Shown here piece by piece: positions 26,571-40,072 of a stretch of 60,375 bases of DNA; the stretch's first letter is position 1; the number at the start of each line of letters is the position of its first letter. Position numbers and translations under genes: made by a program. The notes below the pieces were generated by a model. That model was given only the letters and a program-made list of their open reading frames with translations, searched no databases and had not been told where the DNA came from. The DNA is from Hydrolagus affinis (taxonomy: Eukaryota), in assembly GCA_012026655.1 (NCBI GenBank), contig JAAILG010001907.1, positions 1 to 60,375 on the forward strand, read 5' to 3'.

Positions 26571-27819
26571 CATTTCATTACAAGAAGGAATCTGCTCTTG
26601 TTATTTTAATGTTTTAATCTGGGACTCATAGTTGGTGACCCTGTCGATTGTCTGCATCCATCCACTCCCTTTTCTCTAAGGAACAATGCAACGATTAAAA
26701 ATACCTGATACAAAGGTCTGCACAAGTATCAGGACCACCTCTTATTCTCTCCTACCTGTTACTGGCGCACTTTATTTCGTGGTATGTATTTTCTCCAGAA
26801 TAGCCATTAAAATTGCTATTGCCAAGCCCTTCTCACTAAATAGACACAAATATCCTCGCATTCATCTGTAGAATGACTTGTGAAAAGAAGCCATGTATTA
26901 TTGCATTGTCTGGATATAGCAACAAAAAACTTGGAGGTCAGTATAGGGAAGAGAATAGATCTAGTCAGACTAAACCTCGAGTTCAAAGTCTCCTCGTGGG
27001 GCTTGAATTCAGGCTGAAAGATACTGGAGCAATTTCTATAGATCTCAAATTATAGTTCACAATCAGAAGGTATATATCTCTTTACACTTCGACCAGATCA
27101 GGTCTGACCTTCTGCCAAGGACTCTTCGGCAGAACAGGAGAAATCACAGGTTCAGCTAAATTTGATCTCCTCCTTGCAGGCATGGGACAACTGTTGATGA
27201 TTTGTTCCAGTTGTCAACTTAAACCCAGAACCATATACAGTACTATACTTTACTTAGCTTTTGCTCCGTGTTTTCGGATCCTTGCTCTGCTTATTTAACA
27301 GTAAGTAGGTAGGAACGTGGTTGTTAGCCGATTGGCATGCGCTTTCCAGAGGGAATGGTTTCTGCCAGTACAGTTTAGAAAGTGGTGTGGTTTTCTCAGA
27401 TATTCCTTGACACCAGATTACACTGCTTGCTACCTGAGAAAACTAAGCAAAGTATGGTATGTGGTTACTGTGTGGGCAGCAGCTTCTACACTATCAACAA
27501 ATTCACGCACCCAGGCATTCACATTGTATGAATGTCCTTCTTTAGCCTTGAAAGTCAATCATTACTATTATCTAGCTTTGATTTTCTGGCTCTCTGTATT
27601 AACAATGTTCTGTGATCAATTTCTAGATTTCCTGAATCTCATTTTGCGATTTTTAAAAAAAAATCTGTTAACCAAAATTACTGTAGTCAAGATTCTTTGC
27701 AATATAACATGCACATAAGTAGTTCTCACTCCGTGGAAGCATTGATCTATCCTAGTTCCTCCTGATGCTGGAGTGCACAGCAAAGATGTTGCAGGTTTCA
27801 TAAGAGCTCTGGGATGCTA

Positions 27820-27993
27820 CAACAACAACAACAACAACTATATAACTCCCTCCATGCAGGGGAGGGTCTCAGCGCGCTTAACAGTTGCGGAGCCTGACTG
27901 ACGTAGCGGTAAGCACGGTCGAAGAAGAAGGTTTTCAGTTTCAGGGCGAACTTGCCCTGCGAGAGAGGTGCGTACATCAATGCAAGTTGTTGT
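27820..27993. mobile_element. Two oppositely oriented L2-type tails joined back to back
   Basis: Minus strand: LKLKTFFFDRAY + AAGCGCGCTGAGACC + (GTT)n. Plus strand: GAGGTGCGTACATCAATGCAAGTTGTTG. Confidence 0.65.
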
Positions 27994-29954
27994 ATCGGTA
28001 TCATTGTTTCTCCTGGCATGTGAGAAAATTGTGCAGAAAAATCCCACAAGGTGCAAACAAAATCTTTCTATGCTGCTTTTAATTATCTGAATAAAGATAT
28101 GGAGTGTTAGTGTTTTCCAGGTCAGCTACGCTCTCTCATTTTTCACCTGGTCAATATTTACTGCTCTGTTGATGGCTGTATAATTGCTGCTTCTTGCTTC
28201 TTCATAGCCACCCTCTGCCTAGATTGAATTGTTGTACCGTATTTCAAAGGTTAATTTGAGATCCAACTGCAATCTTTCTGACAGTATAACATCTTACAGA
28301 GCCACTACAATATACTCCTGAAACATTTCATCATTCAGCACACTGTAATCATAGTGTTCAGCTGTTACAAGCCTGTCTTCTCTTCCATCATGGTTTTTTG
28401 GATTGAATGTTGGCCCAGTCAAAGATTAAGTTTTTATCCACCAAACAAAATAAATTCAAGCTGTAATATAATTTTCCCATTTTCTTCTTAAACTTGGAAG
28501 GAGCATAAAATGTCTTCAGCGTTCTTGTCCACTGAAAATATCAAATTAATCTGAGTTATGTTTGTCCCCCCCACACACCTGAAGCAATTCTAAATGCTGT
28601 ATTTCAAATAATTTTACCTATCTTACCAATTCCTCTAACTGAAATCAAATGTATCAGATGGGATAATGTGAAAAGAACCTTCTTTTGTGGTCTTAAAATG
28701 CCTCCTACTGATTCACTGCAGATGTTTTTATTTTTCACAAATTTTGTGGTTCCTTGTAAACTCTCTCCAATCTCTGGGCAATTTGTGCTGATATTGCCAC
28801 TATGGTGTATTTAAATTATTTTCAGCCTAAGGCACAGGTTACCAACATAAACAGACCTTTATTCAGATGCTTCTGTCTCCAGCCTGTAGATTCCACTGAG
28901 TTCAATTAGACAGTCTGTATTAATTTACTCTTTTCCTCTGATTCGGATATTGTTCTTAATTTATTGTGCCACAAAATATAGTCAATTCACTTTACAATAT
29001 AATCTGTAAAGTGCTGTGGGACATCTTGAAGACGTGATAAGGCTCTATATCAAATGCAAGGATAATTATTATTATAGCTCATCATCCAATGGGATGATTG
29101 GGCAGCTATGCCAAAAGATTGCTGTTGAAGCTTGAGAGGAGTGCAGACAATGTTGGAGGCTTGATTATTGAGGTGTGATTAGATAAGATTTGGAAAGAGA
29201 TGCTTCAGACCAGAACCTTATGGAAATGTACAAGATGTTCGGTGCTACAGTACTAACAAAGTAAACTCAGAATATCGTTTCAGGTGATGCAAAGGTGGTG
29301 GCCAATCATCCTTAGTATTGTACTGTGAACAGGTTAGTAAAAGGCAGGAGTAGAACAGACAACAGGAAATATTGAATTACACAGGAGGCAATCAACGGTA
29401 GGCAAGATTACCAGGATGCATGGTTGAGGCCAGGACATCGGATTAATTTAAGAAACAGTGTCAGTTTAATTATTATTACTGTTATGCAATAATACAATTG
29501 TGGAAGATTAAGATCAATAGTTTGAAGAGACTTTCTCAGCTAAATCCTCCCTTGTGATCTTCTGAAATTTATAGAGAAATTAGCTGGAAATAATTATGAC
29601 ATGTGAATTGCATTCACAATAGCAATACTGATTCTGTCAGTGATATGGACAGCAAAGGCTTTGACTGACAGCAGTAACATAGTTCTTGTCAGACACAGAT
29701 ATTACCATTGAGGACAGAAAATGAGCACCATTCCCAGGAATGATTTAACAAGGTCATAGCAGTAATGTATTAAAAATAGTACATTTGTACTGTTTTGAAC
29801 AATAAGACACATAACAGTAATTATGTATGGAGAAAAGCTTTTGGTGGTTATAGCCTATTCGTTGCTGGTAATTGGCTCTTTTGTTAGATGTTAGTTAAAT
29901 GTTATCTTATTAATCTCATTAACAAGAAGCACACATTCCCTGTTGGTTCACAGA

Positions 29955-30410
29955 ATTTCCACTTTTATAGCACTTTATCGAAATATCTGAGAGTGTTTCC
30001 CAAACAATTAGTGTTAAGCACGATGACTGTACTTGCAGGCAAACACAGCAGCCAACAAGTTCCTACATATAACCATGAGGCGAATGGTTGATCAATGTGG
30101 AAAATTTGCAGCAGGTTATCTGGAGAAACTCCCTTTTCTTTTCAAATAGTTTTATAGGCTTTTTCCACCCCTCATACAGGCAACCATGCCCTAGGCTTAA
30201 AATCTCTTCTCAAGGAGACTTCACTTAGTACTGCCCTGCTTCCAGCGCCTTGGGACATCCTCCGGACATGAAAGGTACGATACAAATGTAATTTTGTTGT
30301 TGTTGCTCTGGAGTGTTAGCTGAGACTATGAGCTTAAGGCTTAAGGGGCTTAAACGCATTTCCTTTCTATCGCAGTGTTGAGACGGATATGAATGAAGTT
30401 AAAGTTGACA
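29955..30410 (-). mobile_element. Old AmnSINE1/SacSINE1-like DeuSINE interrupted by an L2 tail (second copy about 37015-37225)
   Basis: GGAGAAACTCCC..TTCAAATAGT..TAGTACTGC[insert]CTGGAGTGTTAGC; second copy has TTGGCCAAGACA..GACCTCAGGTTAA..GGGTGTCAGCCTAGATT. Confidence 0.6.
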
Positions 30411-31401
30411 CGTATCATTTTGTGGGAAACGGTTCACTCAAGTAGAACTGCAATTTGCCAACACAACAATTCTTCATGGCAATGATATTCAATGTTTTTT
30501 CTACAATGGGCTCCAACATTTTATATTTACTGCAACTCGGCCTGATCTCATCATTATTTCCTCCTTCTTCAGATAGGAATGGGAAAATGGCCCATACTCC
30601 CACTTTGTGTTCATTCTTGCATGAAGCAATTAAGAGTAAGCCACTGGCACAAGGCAACAAACAAACAGGCAGCCAAGAGGAGCATGAGACTGTAATGTTG
30701 GTACAAATCGGAGGCAGTTACTTCAATGTCATAGCACCCTCGGGAATTTTTTAAAAATAGTACCAACTAATGACAGACACAGTGAGTACATGTAATAATA
30801 GTAAATTAGATACTTCCTAGTCACTTGGATCAACAATGACACGTATGTATCCTGCTCTTCCAGGATACTGTATAATAAGAGTGATGATTCACCACAACAG
30901 AGATTAAGTATGGATAGTTCATACTCCACGGAATCGCAATGTCAAGGGACATAGAATTGGGTGTGGAACAAGTGCCTCTCTAGCTGCTAATGCAGGTAGA
31001 TATGTATCAGTTAATTGACAATTACAGCACCCTAGTGAACAACTTAAAAGATTAATTGGTATTACCAGTGGAGTATGTTTAAAAATAATAGGCACTTCTT
31101 AGTCAGCTGCAACAGTAATGGCAAAATATAATATATATATACATAAAAATTCTGCTCCTGCAGGTAGTCTGATGATAACCCAAGTGGATATTTAAAGTGG
31201 AAGTGTATTAATTAAAGTCACAATACAAAGGGAACTGTCAAGTCAGACAGCCCTAGCAAGATGAAAGAAATACCTTCAAAATAATTTTATGTCGTTGATC
31301 TTGTAACACAAATTTAAAATTCTGCTCCATTCAGTACCCAAACTCACAATCGGCATTCAATATCTTAGGTGTTTTAAAACATTTTTTTTTAAACCAAGGT
31401 T

Positions 31402-31606
31402 GCGAGAGACCTGGGTTAAATTCTCGACAGGGCGAAACCTTGGACAAATTTTCTATTCTACACGTCTAATAATAAAAAAAAATTGGTCATTTCAATCCCC
31501 AACTGTTTGTGGGACACTGCTGAATGCAATTGGCTGCCACATTTCGTCCACGTAGTCACTTCACTTTAGAAGATCTAGAAGATCAAATGCAAGGATTATT
31601 ATTATA
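31402..31606 (+). mobile_element. Same tRNA SINE, 5'-truncated and deleted
   Basis: GAGAGACCTGGGTT..CAGGGCGAAACCTTGG..ATTGGTCATTTCAATCC..AAATGCAAGGATTATT. Confidence 0.82.
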
Positions 31607-32376
31607 ATCCTTGGCTCCCCTGGATTTAAGATGGGAAAATTAGCCACATTCCCATTCCTGATCACCAAATAGTGAGCCCTGACAAAGATGTATGCAGGAT
31701 TCCTGGCCGAGGACAGAATCAGACTCGACGCTGCTACCTCACGATGCCTGTCAACATTCTCTTTTTAGCCTCATGCATGAAAATGGCCACTTCCATGTGA
31801 AACCAGATAGTCATGGAACTGCTTATTAGCATGGATCTGCATCTAGGAATGAAGGGGAAAAAATTGGAAGGGAAATTTATATACAGTGTATATATATATA
31901 TATTTTTTAACACTTTGAATTTGATGTTTTAGGGAATTTTCTTTAAAATAAAACATGGCAAATTCAAACATCACCCACAATTGGTCCAACACCCAAGTTC
32001 CTTCAGGCTTCAACAAATTATAATGACAAGGATAATGAAATTGAAACAAACCCTTTTAAGTTTCTTTCCAAATGCTATTCCTCAAAATTAATAGATGGTT
32101 CAAACATTAGTGGAGGAAGTCAAAGGTGATTATTTAAGTCCTTTTTAATAACTTGTAAAGGGTATGATTTTCACTCTTTCCTGGTCCAGCTGTGGCGTAT
32201 TTCCTTCTCTCTTTCATATACATTTCAAAGAAGATGTTCCTACTCCAAGCATTGATCTGCATTCTAGGACCTCCTGAGTTTCATGTCACATGTAATTTTA
32301 CTGACCAATTCAAAATAATCCCTTTGCTTAAAGCATGTAAATTAAAATTGAAACTGAAAGTCACACGCCCACACAT

Positions 32377-32423
32377 ACTTTTAAACTCTGCATATTCCAC
32401 ACTTTTAAACTCTGCATATTCCA
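32377..32423. repeat. 24-bp tandem duplication
   Basis: ACTTTTAAACTCTGCATATTCCA(C) twice. Confidence 0.95.
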
Positions 32424-35400
32424 TTTTACCACAAGAAGATCAGAGAACTATAAAAAAAACTTCCAAATATATTCTACAATTAATGCATGAGCCTAAATTT
32501 TAGGACAATATTCTCCAGACTTAGACATTTCAGTGTTCAAAATTGGGCAAATTCCAACAATTCGTGTTTTCCGATTCAGTTCATCGCTTATCCCATTGTG
32601 GAAGCTTGGATTAAATGGACACAGTTTAACAGTATGGTCCCTAAAGAGAGCCTCTAAGTAAATTGAGTTTGGCTGGTCTGAATCCTAGTGGATTCGTGAG
32701 TTGACCTAACATAGGCAATTTATACCAGCACAAGCAAATGAAAAGAACAACAACCTTCAGCTTTTTATCATAATGTGTTGATGTTAGTCAGATGTAATGG
32801 ATGTTTAACAAGTCATTTCCACTGAACTATGGCAATTCTAAAGCTAAGTAGCTTGCCTAAAGCTTTTAGTAACGATCCGTATTGAAAGCGCTGTATCTCA
32901 TTATTTTGTATTACTGTATTCCGCTACTGTTAGATCATGTACTTTTGCAATCTAAAAAAACTTCCCTAATGATAACAGTTTCTCCCATCATTCAGTACAA
33001 CAGCAAACACAAACACCTATTCTGTGACTGCCAACAGCACTGCATTCCATACTTTTTTTCTCGTGTCAAAGGTGAATGTTTTCTACTCTTTATATCTACA
33101 GCATCCCATAAGGTCTAACCCAATCATTGACCCTGGCAGGGTATGGCTCCTAATAGTCTTTCTGAATCTCAGCTACAAAAGAGGTACTGTACCTGCTCCA
33201 AACAGAATGTATATGATATACTGATTTGAGCAAGGGCTTCCCGAGCAGTTCATTGATCTTTGCACTATTTGGGATGCCCACCATTGTGTGGAATAATTCA
33301 CTGACATTTGCACAGCTGGGAGGTCTGCTAGCTCTGCCCGTCATGTGGAGTGCAGTAATACATTGATCTATTCACCATTTAGAAAATCCACCAGACTCTC
33401 TATCCCCCAAACACATGCAATATGTAACACGTTACACACAATTAGATAGCAACATTCAGAAAGCATAATAAAACCACCATGGAGTACCACAAAAGGAATA
33501 TAGAGAATGAAAATGAAAAAAAAGAAAGGACATTTAAATGATAAAAATCTGCAAAATATGAATACGTCTAATCTGTCTCCAAGTAATTGATACCAAAATG
33601 ACCCTCCACCCAAACACAAGGATTTTTTAGCAATAATAGGCAGAGACAGCCTGAACAAGAATTTGAATTAGTGCCCTTATCGAATGAATAATGCAAATCG
33701 GTATTCTTATTAGAATGGATCAGTCAGCAACAATCCTGGCTAGGATTCGCCTTACATTTTAAAACACCGTGTGTCACCTAGCATTACAATAAAATCCCAC
33801 AGCATGAAGATGAATGCATTAGAAGAACCAACTCATTGTAGACAGCTCACCATATTAAGATGCATTATATTGCACGCACTTGGATGCGTTGCGATTACAA
33901 CCTGATTGCCACAGTTTCTCTAGGCTTTCTTTATGTAACTCTAGCAATTTGGACAATACAGTACATACTGCTGTTACTAACACTCAGAGCAATCCCAACC
34001 TCATAGCTACCAAAAGGTCAAATAATGTAATAAACGTGCATGCTTGGAGGTCAGTACAGTAATTTAATTAAAATCCACCATTATGTAAATTAAGATGCTC
34101 TTTCCATCTGCAGGATATTGATATTATCTTCACAAAAATACATCACTTATAGGAGTTATTCATTTCCTGGAAATGTAAATGGTTTGTAATGTAAAGCAAT
34201 AAAAATGATTCTGGACAAAAATATGTAGGTGAGCAATATAAAAATGTCAATCTTCTACCTAAACAATAATATTAAGCATTACCTGAAGGTGAAATCTAGC
34301 AGACCGCGTCAAGGTAAATGGGTAGGCAATGACTGTGGAAGATCCATTGAATGAATGTTTTGTGCTCATAGGAAAAAAGCTAGAAGGAATGTTCAACCTC
34401 CCTATAGTACTTCATTTTAATAATTAAACAAATATCCTGCATTTCAAATTCACAGCTTGTTGTATTAAAAATCAGGCAAAACAATATTTTTTGAGTTTTG
34501 CTTGCTCTTTTGCATTTAGAATCAATACACGTTATATTACAAATGCACTGTATTCAATGTAATTGTGTGATGCGCTTGCACAATAAAAATAAAGCAATTA
34601 TTTTAGACAATTTTTTTTCACAGGTTTCTGTGTGTGTGCGGGGGAAGATATACTACACTGAGCATCGTGTAACAGTGAGGATGAACATCCTTTTTTGTGG
34701 CATACAAAATGCTGAAGGACATTTTAGATAGTCATAAGCAGCACTAACAATGGAGCTGAGCAATCCTGTGGAATCCATCTCAAAACAGTTACACTGATTC
34801 TACAGAGTTAAATTTGTTTTCTAGTAAACACAATGCTCTCATTCTCACACATACAAAATTAGTAATGCAATTAGCCAGCACTGGAATTTCTCATCTAGTT
34901 TCAACACTATTATTGTATAATTTTGTTCATTTTTTTGGTCACATATCTAACTACGCTGTGAAACTGTGCAGTAATCTCACCTTTATTCAATCAACTTTTG
35001 AGGCCTCGTCACATATTGCACAAAATTGTTATAATCGTAAAAGTTTATAATCATATACGATTTATCTTTGGAAGAAAAGCAATGCTACTTCTGCAACTTA
35101 ATAATGCTGGGAATTGTTTATGTATCTGTAGGAAATTCTATTTTAATTTATACTTGACGCAACATATGGATCATTATTAATTCAAGAACCATTTCTCGCG
35201 GAGGTACGTAGACTATCAGCTTTCCTGAAGAAATCATTAAGTGCACTACAGGATAATTAATGTGTAGAAATATTTCAGAGTTTACATATGAATTAACTCA
35301 TTGGATTATATATCATAATTAAGTTCTGATGAAATCACACTGTCAGGGAGAATAAAATTATGATCAAAGCATCAGTTTAGTGATCTTTTGCACTAAACTC

Positions 35401-36431
35401 AGTGCCTTGGTGTGTTCTCCAGATGTGAAAGGCGCTGTACCAATGTAATTTGTTGTTGTTGCTGTTGTTGCAAAGTGGTTAAAGTAAAAACTCTTTGTCG
35501 GCTTTGCTATATGCATATATGTGATAAATTGGCCTTGTGAATCCTTTCATTTCACACTAGATTTTAGGGCATTAATTCAACACAACATAATTTTTTTTAA
35601 AATGCTTATTGCAAAGGGTTACTCTGCTGTAGCTTCTGCTTCTAGGCCAATGTTATCAATCAATGCAGCTCTCCAGCTTGTGCTGTCTAGATATTTTTAG
35701 TGGTTCTTCAATAACCTTTTATAAAATTGCCGTACAATAAATATACTGTACATTCAAATTGTACCTAGCAATTCTGCTATGTTTGGCTATTTTGCAGTCT
35801 TTAAACAAAATCTCCATTTGTTGGTCACCCAGCATAGATCATGCTTTTAGCAAGGCAAATTGGTCCTTGTCATGTGAGGCATCGATTATATTAACCTATG
35901 TGACCCAAGCCATATCAGTTGGTAAATTAATTGTGATACTGAGCCATGAAGATTTGTGGGATCCCAGATTTGATCCATTGTCTATTTTACCTGTGGTGCC
36001 AGTGTGTCCCTGCACCAGAGAGAGGAAATATCAGATCTCCTCCTTCAGATTGTTATCCTGTCAGCAATGCTGGAAAATTCATATCGGTGGACATCAAAGT
36101 GAGGGCAGAATTGGACATTCTCCCCTCCTCTGACCATGGTCAAACTGCTGGTACTCAGTGTCTAGGCTAATGCACATAAAGAATGTCCTCACAAGAGGGT
36201 GCCTGGGGCTCTGCACCCATATTTCAAGGTGAATGAAAGATTCAGGAGAGGAAAGTCATGACAGCAACAGAGAGCAGAGCAAACTCTCTGACATGAAATA
36301 TATCGGATGGATTAGACAACTAATACAACATTGTTGTACAGTACCATGTTTAAGGGTCTCAAAGAGACCGTGGCACATAGATCACATCTATTCAATCCCC
36401 AAACCACTATTGGGATTTAAGCTCTCAGACA

Positions 36432-36501
36432 CTGCTGTCTCGTGTCACTTTGCCATGACCATTCCGCAACACTGTCTATGGCAAGGTCAGTGAGACAACA
36501 G
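36432..36501. repeat. Imperfect inverted repeat (hairpin)
   Basis: CTGCTGTCTCGTGTCACTTTGCCATGAC ... GTCTATGGCAAGGTCAGTGAGACAACAG. Confidence 0.7.
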
Positions 36502-37277
36502 AACAATGAGCACTGGCAGTCAACACTGTGGATTTTGAGTCTATTCAGATATTGAAGGCAACAAAACAAATAATACGTAATGTACATTCTCTTACAAAAC
36601 AGCCCAGCAGGAAATCAACCTACCTTGAATGAGACTCATCCACATCCTATCCACTTCAAACAAATGGTGAACAAAATCTTTTGATCAATTAAGTGTTTCT
36701 GCAGCATTTTACACAATTGGTGCAATGTTGTTCAGCAATTTCATAATTTACTGGGTTATTGGGATCGCAGTTATATAATGAATATGGAAATGTTGATTTT
36801 AAATGAAAAGCACAGAAACAGCAATTTCATTGCTGGTTAGAAATCCAAGTGAAAACACAGTTTATAGTGGCCGCTGTCCCATGTCCCATGAAATACAGAT
36901 GTGTTGTTTCTCGGTTCTTTCTTGAGCAGTACGCATGCAGGTGATGCTGGAGGATGTAATATATTCAAACTCAAAAACAATGAAAGGCTCTCATTACTCA
37001 TCTATAATACAAGGCTTGTTGGCCAAGACATCTGAAAAAACTCGAATTTTAATGTCTATCTGAGCAGGACCTCAGGTTAATATTTTATTTGGAAGATGAT
37101 ACTCAAGACAGTACTCCTTCAGCATTATCCTGGGTGTCAGCCTAGATTGTGACCTTACAGTCCCAATGTAGAACCTCAACCAGGAATGAGATTATTGAGT
37201 CACTCAGACAATTGAGTCAAGATGATTGTTATTTGATTCTTATTTACTTAAAAAATGTGTAGCTTGTTCCAAGACTT

Positions 37278-37513
37278 CCTCCCAACCTCTGGAATTCCAT
37301 CCCCAAATCCCACCACCTCGCCCCCTCCCTAGCCTCCTTCAAGTCCCACCTCAAGACACTCCTCTTTGACGGTCCCATCGGTCACCTCTCCTCCCCTCCA
37401 TACTCTCCACCATCCCCATCCTAGCTCGTGTCTGAAACACTGCTTGTCCGGCGCCTTGGGACATTCTCCCGAAGTGAAAATGCCAAACAAATGTAATTTT
37501 CTTGTAGTTGTTA
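37278..37513 (+). mobile_element. L2 LINE 3' end
   Basis: CCTCTGGAATTCCATCCC..CCTTCAAGTCCCACCTCAAGACACTCCTCTTTGAC and the same tail. Confidence 0.82.
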
Positions 37514-39045
37514 TTAGATTTGTAAACCATTCGATTTTCAAAGAGTTGCAATTTGTATAATCTTCTGAAACCATCTATTATTGTAGGCATACTTTTACAA
37601 ATTCTGGCACCACTCACAGTAAAAAAGAGTAAAATAATGGGAGCATCACATAATGCATCTAACTGTCTTAACCCTTCCTATTTAGGTTGACCTATTCTTT
37701 CAGGATTGTTACATTTCATCTTTGCATTAGCTTAATTGTTTCACTAAATGTAACTTATCACATTGACCATAAAAACACATCTTTATTAATAGTATTCATC
37801 CAGAAGGTTGCAAACACTAATCTTATCATAATTAAGACCACAGAGCCCAAATGATACTTGAATTCTCAATGGAATAGGGTACATGTCCATCTCAAAATAT
37901 TGTGTCTGAACTGCATGCACAGTTGAGGTTTAATAGCCTCTTTGTTTCTTAATTTAGTTTTGATTGGCTACAAAATCCATAATAGCACTCAAAAGGTCAT
38001 ATTTCCACTGTCATCGTCAGCACTTCCGCGCCATAAATGTTACTAATACTTGGGACTTCTTCCATCTGAAAGCCACCAGTCTATTTAAGCAATTTGCAAC
38101 TGGAGGAAAATGATAATCTTTTTATTTGTTCCTTTTTTAAAAAAAACTCTGAAGTTGGTGTGGCGCACATATAGTGGTATAAAAGGCCTCTTTGCACATT
38201 CACTGGGCAGATTCTGGTGTTTTTGTACCTTATCTACACCAATTGTTAAGTACTGCGGCTACAAAAACGGTGTGGGAATGAATTAGTTTTCTGAATCCTT
38301 AGAAGTTGTGGAATTGGACTTGTGCAGAAAGTGACAAGCACAGACAACTTGAGAGGACTGATCTGTCTAATCTCCGATGCCCTGTACAGGCCTCGGATCC
38401 TATCCTTTGTATTCCAGCAAGAGTTGAGAAAAATGGTTATCATAATCCCTAACAGTGCAAGGAAAGCCATCTCTGCATTCATGCACTAGTATTTGATCTT
38501 TGGTTCTCTCTGCTGAAGACTAGAATGAATACTTTTTGCCCTTTTTTGGATTTTATTTCTTGCCTAGATATTAAATTTAAGCATCGGAATGGTTATTATT
38601 AAACCAGTCATCCTTCAATTCAATGTGCCAAACTATCTCCTACTGTGCTGTAGATTTCTGTAGTTCCAACAAACTGGTTAAATTAACCTTTTCTGTTTGT
38701 TTGTTTTTATTGCTTAAATCAGGTGTTTAAGTGTAAGCATTAGTGCAGTAGATATTTTCTTTCAGGCTGTCTGCTTGGATGTCTGAATTAAATTATGCCT
38801 GGACTTCACATGCTTGCAAGCAGGTTAATGTCAGTGGGTATATGAAACTAGAGATTGAATCTGTGTCTCTGGGTAGACTCCGGAGTCCAATGTTCTAACA
38901 TTGATTGTGAATAATCTGTTCAGTGCTTTTCCCACAGCAGCACTTTGTCAGGAGCTCAGCATTGTGGAATTCAACCTATACTGCACTCTGTCATGGCACC
39001 ACATACAGGAGCGCCAACACATTATGCCACCTCCATTTCTAAATA

Positions 39046-39826
39046 CAGTAGAAGCCCGTTTATCCGTGACCCGATCAACCGTAATTTCCATATTAACCTG
39101 CACTGCAAAAAAAAGGTCCGCATTCGATAAACTGGAATTTATCCAGAAAATAATTTTTTTTGGGTGTTTGTGTTGCGTCAGTATTTTGGAATAGTTTTGC
39201 TACTAGGTGCCCGATGGTGGCACTAGCTCAGAATGCTGCCGGTACTGTAAAGCAATGCACTCTCCGGAGTGTACTCTTTGAGAGGCAGAGCGGGGTGAGT
39301 AATTTAGATTTAATTTAGCCACCAAACATCAAAATTCACATCCACCCTGAGCAAAGCTGGCAGATCAATTCATTGGCTTTTATTTTAATAAAAAAAGACT
39401 CATCCCTGAAATACTCGTTTTACAGAGTGCAGTGTTTCAAGTTAGTGCGCGCACACACACAGGCATCGCAAGGCTTTTTGGAAAGAAAGTTAACTGAACT
39501 GCGCGGCCGCCGCTCATTCTCCGCCTTCTCAATAACATGAGCTTTCCTCTCTTCTGCTCCCAATGAGAACAGTATCATTCAGATGTGTAACTTTTGCACT
39601 AGTTTATAGATCTCTCTGAACTACCGGGGTATAAAATGATTATAATTATTATCTATATATTATCATCTAAATGATTATTTAGTCTATTATTAATATGCTA
39701 TGTTTTAAAAAATGAAATTAATAAAATATAATTTTTTTTGTTTGGGGTTTTCTGCTGAATATCCGGCAGGCGCTTTAACCGGCACTAGCTAGGTCCCGAG
39801 GGTGCCAGATAAATGGGCTTCTACTG
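39046..39826. mobile_element. Non-autonomous Tc1/mariner-superfamily (Tigger/pogo-like) DNA transposon, 781 bp
   Basis: TA|CAGTAGAAGCCCGTTTATCCG ... CAGATAAATGGGCTTCTACTG|TA: 21-bp TIRs with 19/21 identity, TA target duplication (39044-45, 39827-28), no transposase ORF. Confidence 0.9.
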
Positions 39827-40072
39827 TACTCATAAATAAAACATAATATAAATATTTAACTTTTTTTTACAGGGCCTCATATAATTTACCCCCAAAATGT
39901 GTTTACATGCGCTAATATTTCAGCTAAAAAATGTTTTAAATACAATTTTATTCATAGACCCTGAATGTGTAGAAATTCAGAACGAAGACATTTTGGTAAA
40001 GGTCTTTCACATCATCATTCATAAACTGTGAATCAGAGCAACATTAGATTCAAGAAAACTGATGTTACTTAC

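Noticed and set aside
1-40072. Next netrin-G coding exon (expected to begin like GNPYMC..ECDA)
   Set aside because: No such translation in the ORF track; it probably lies beyond the window start.
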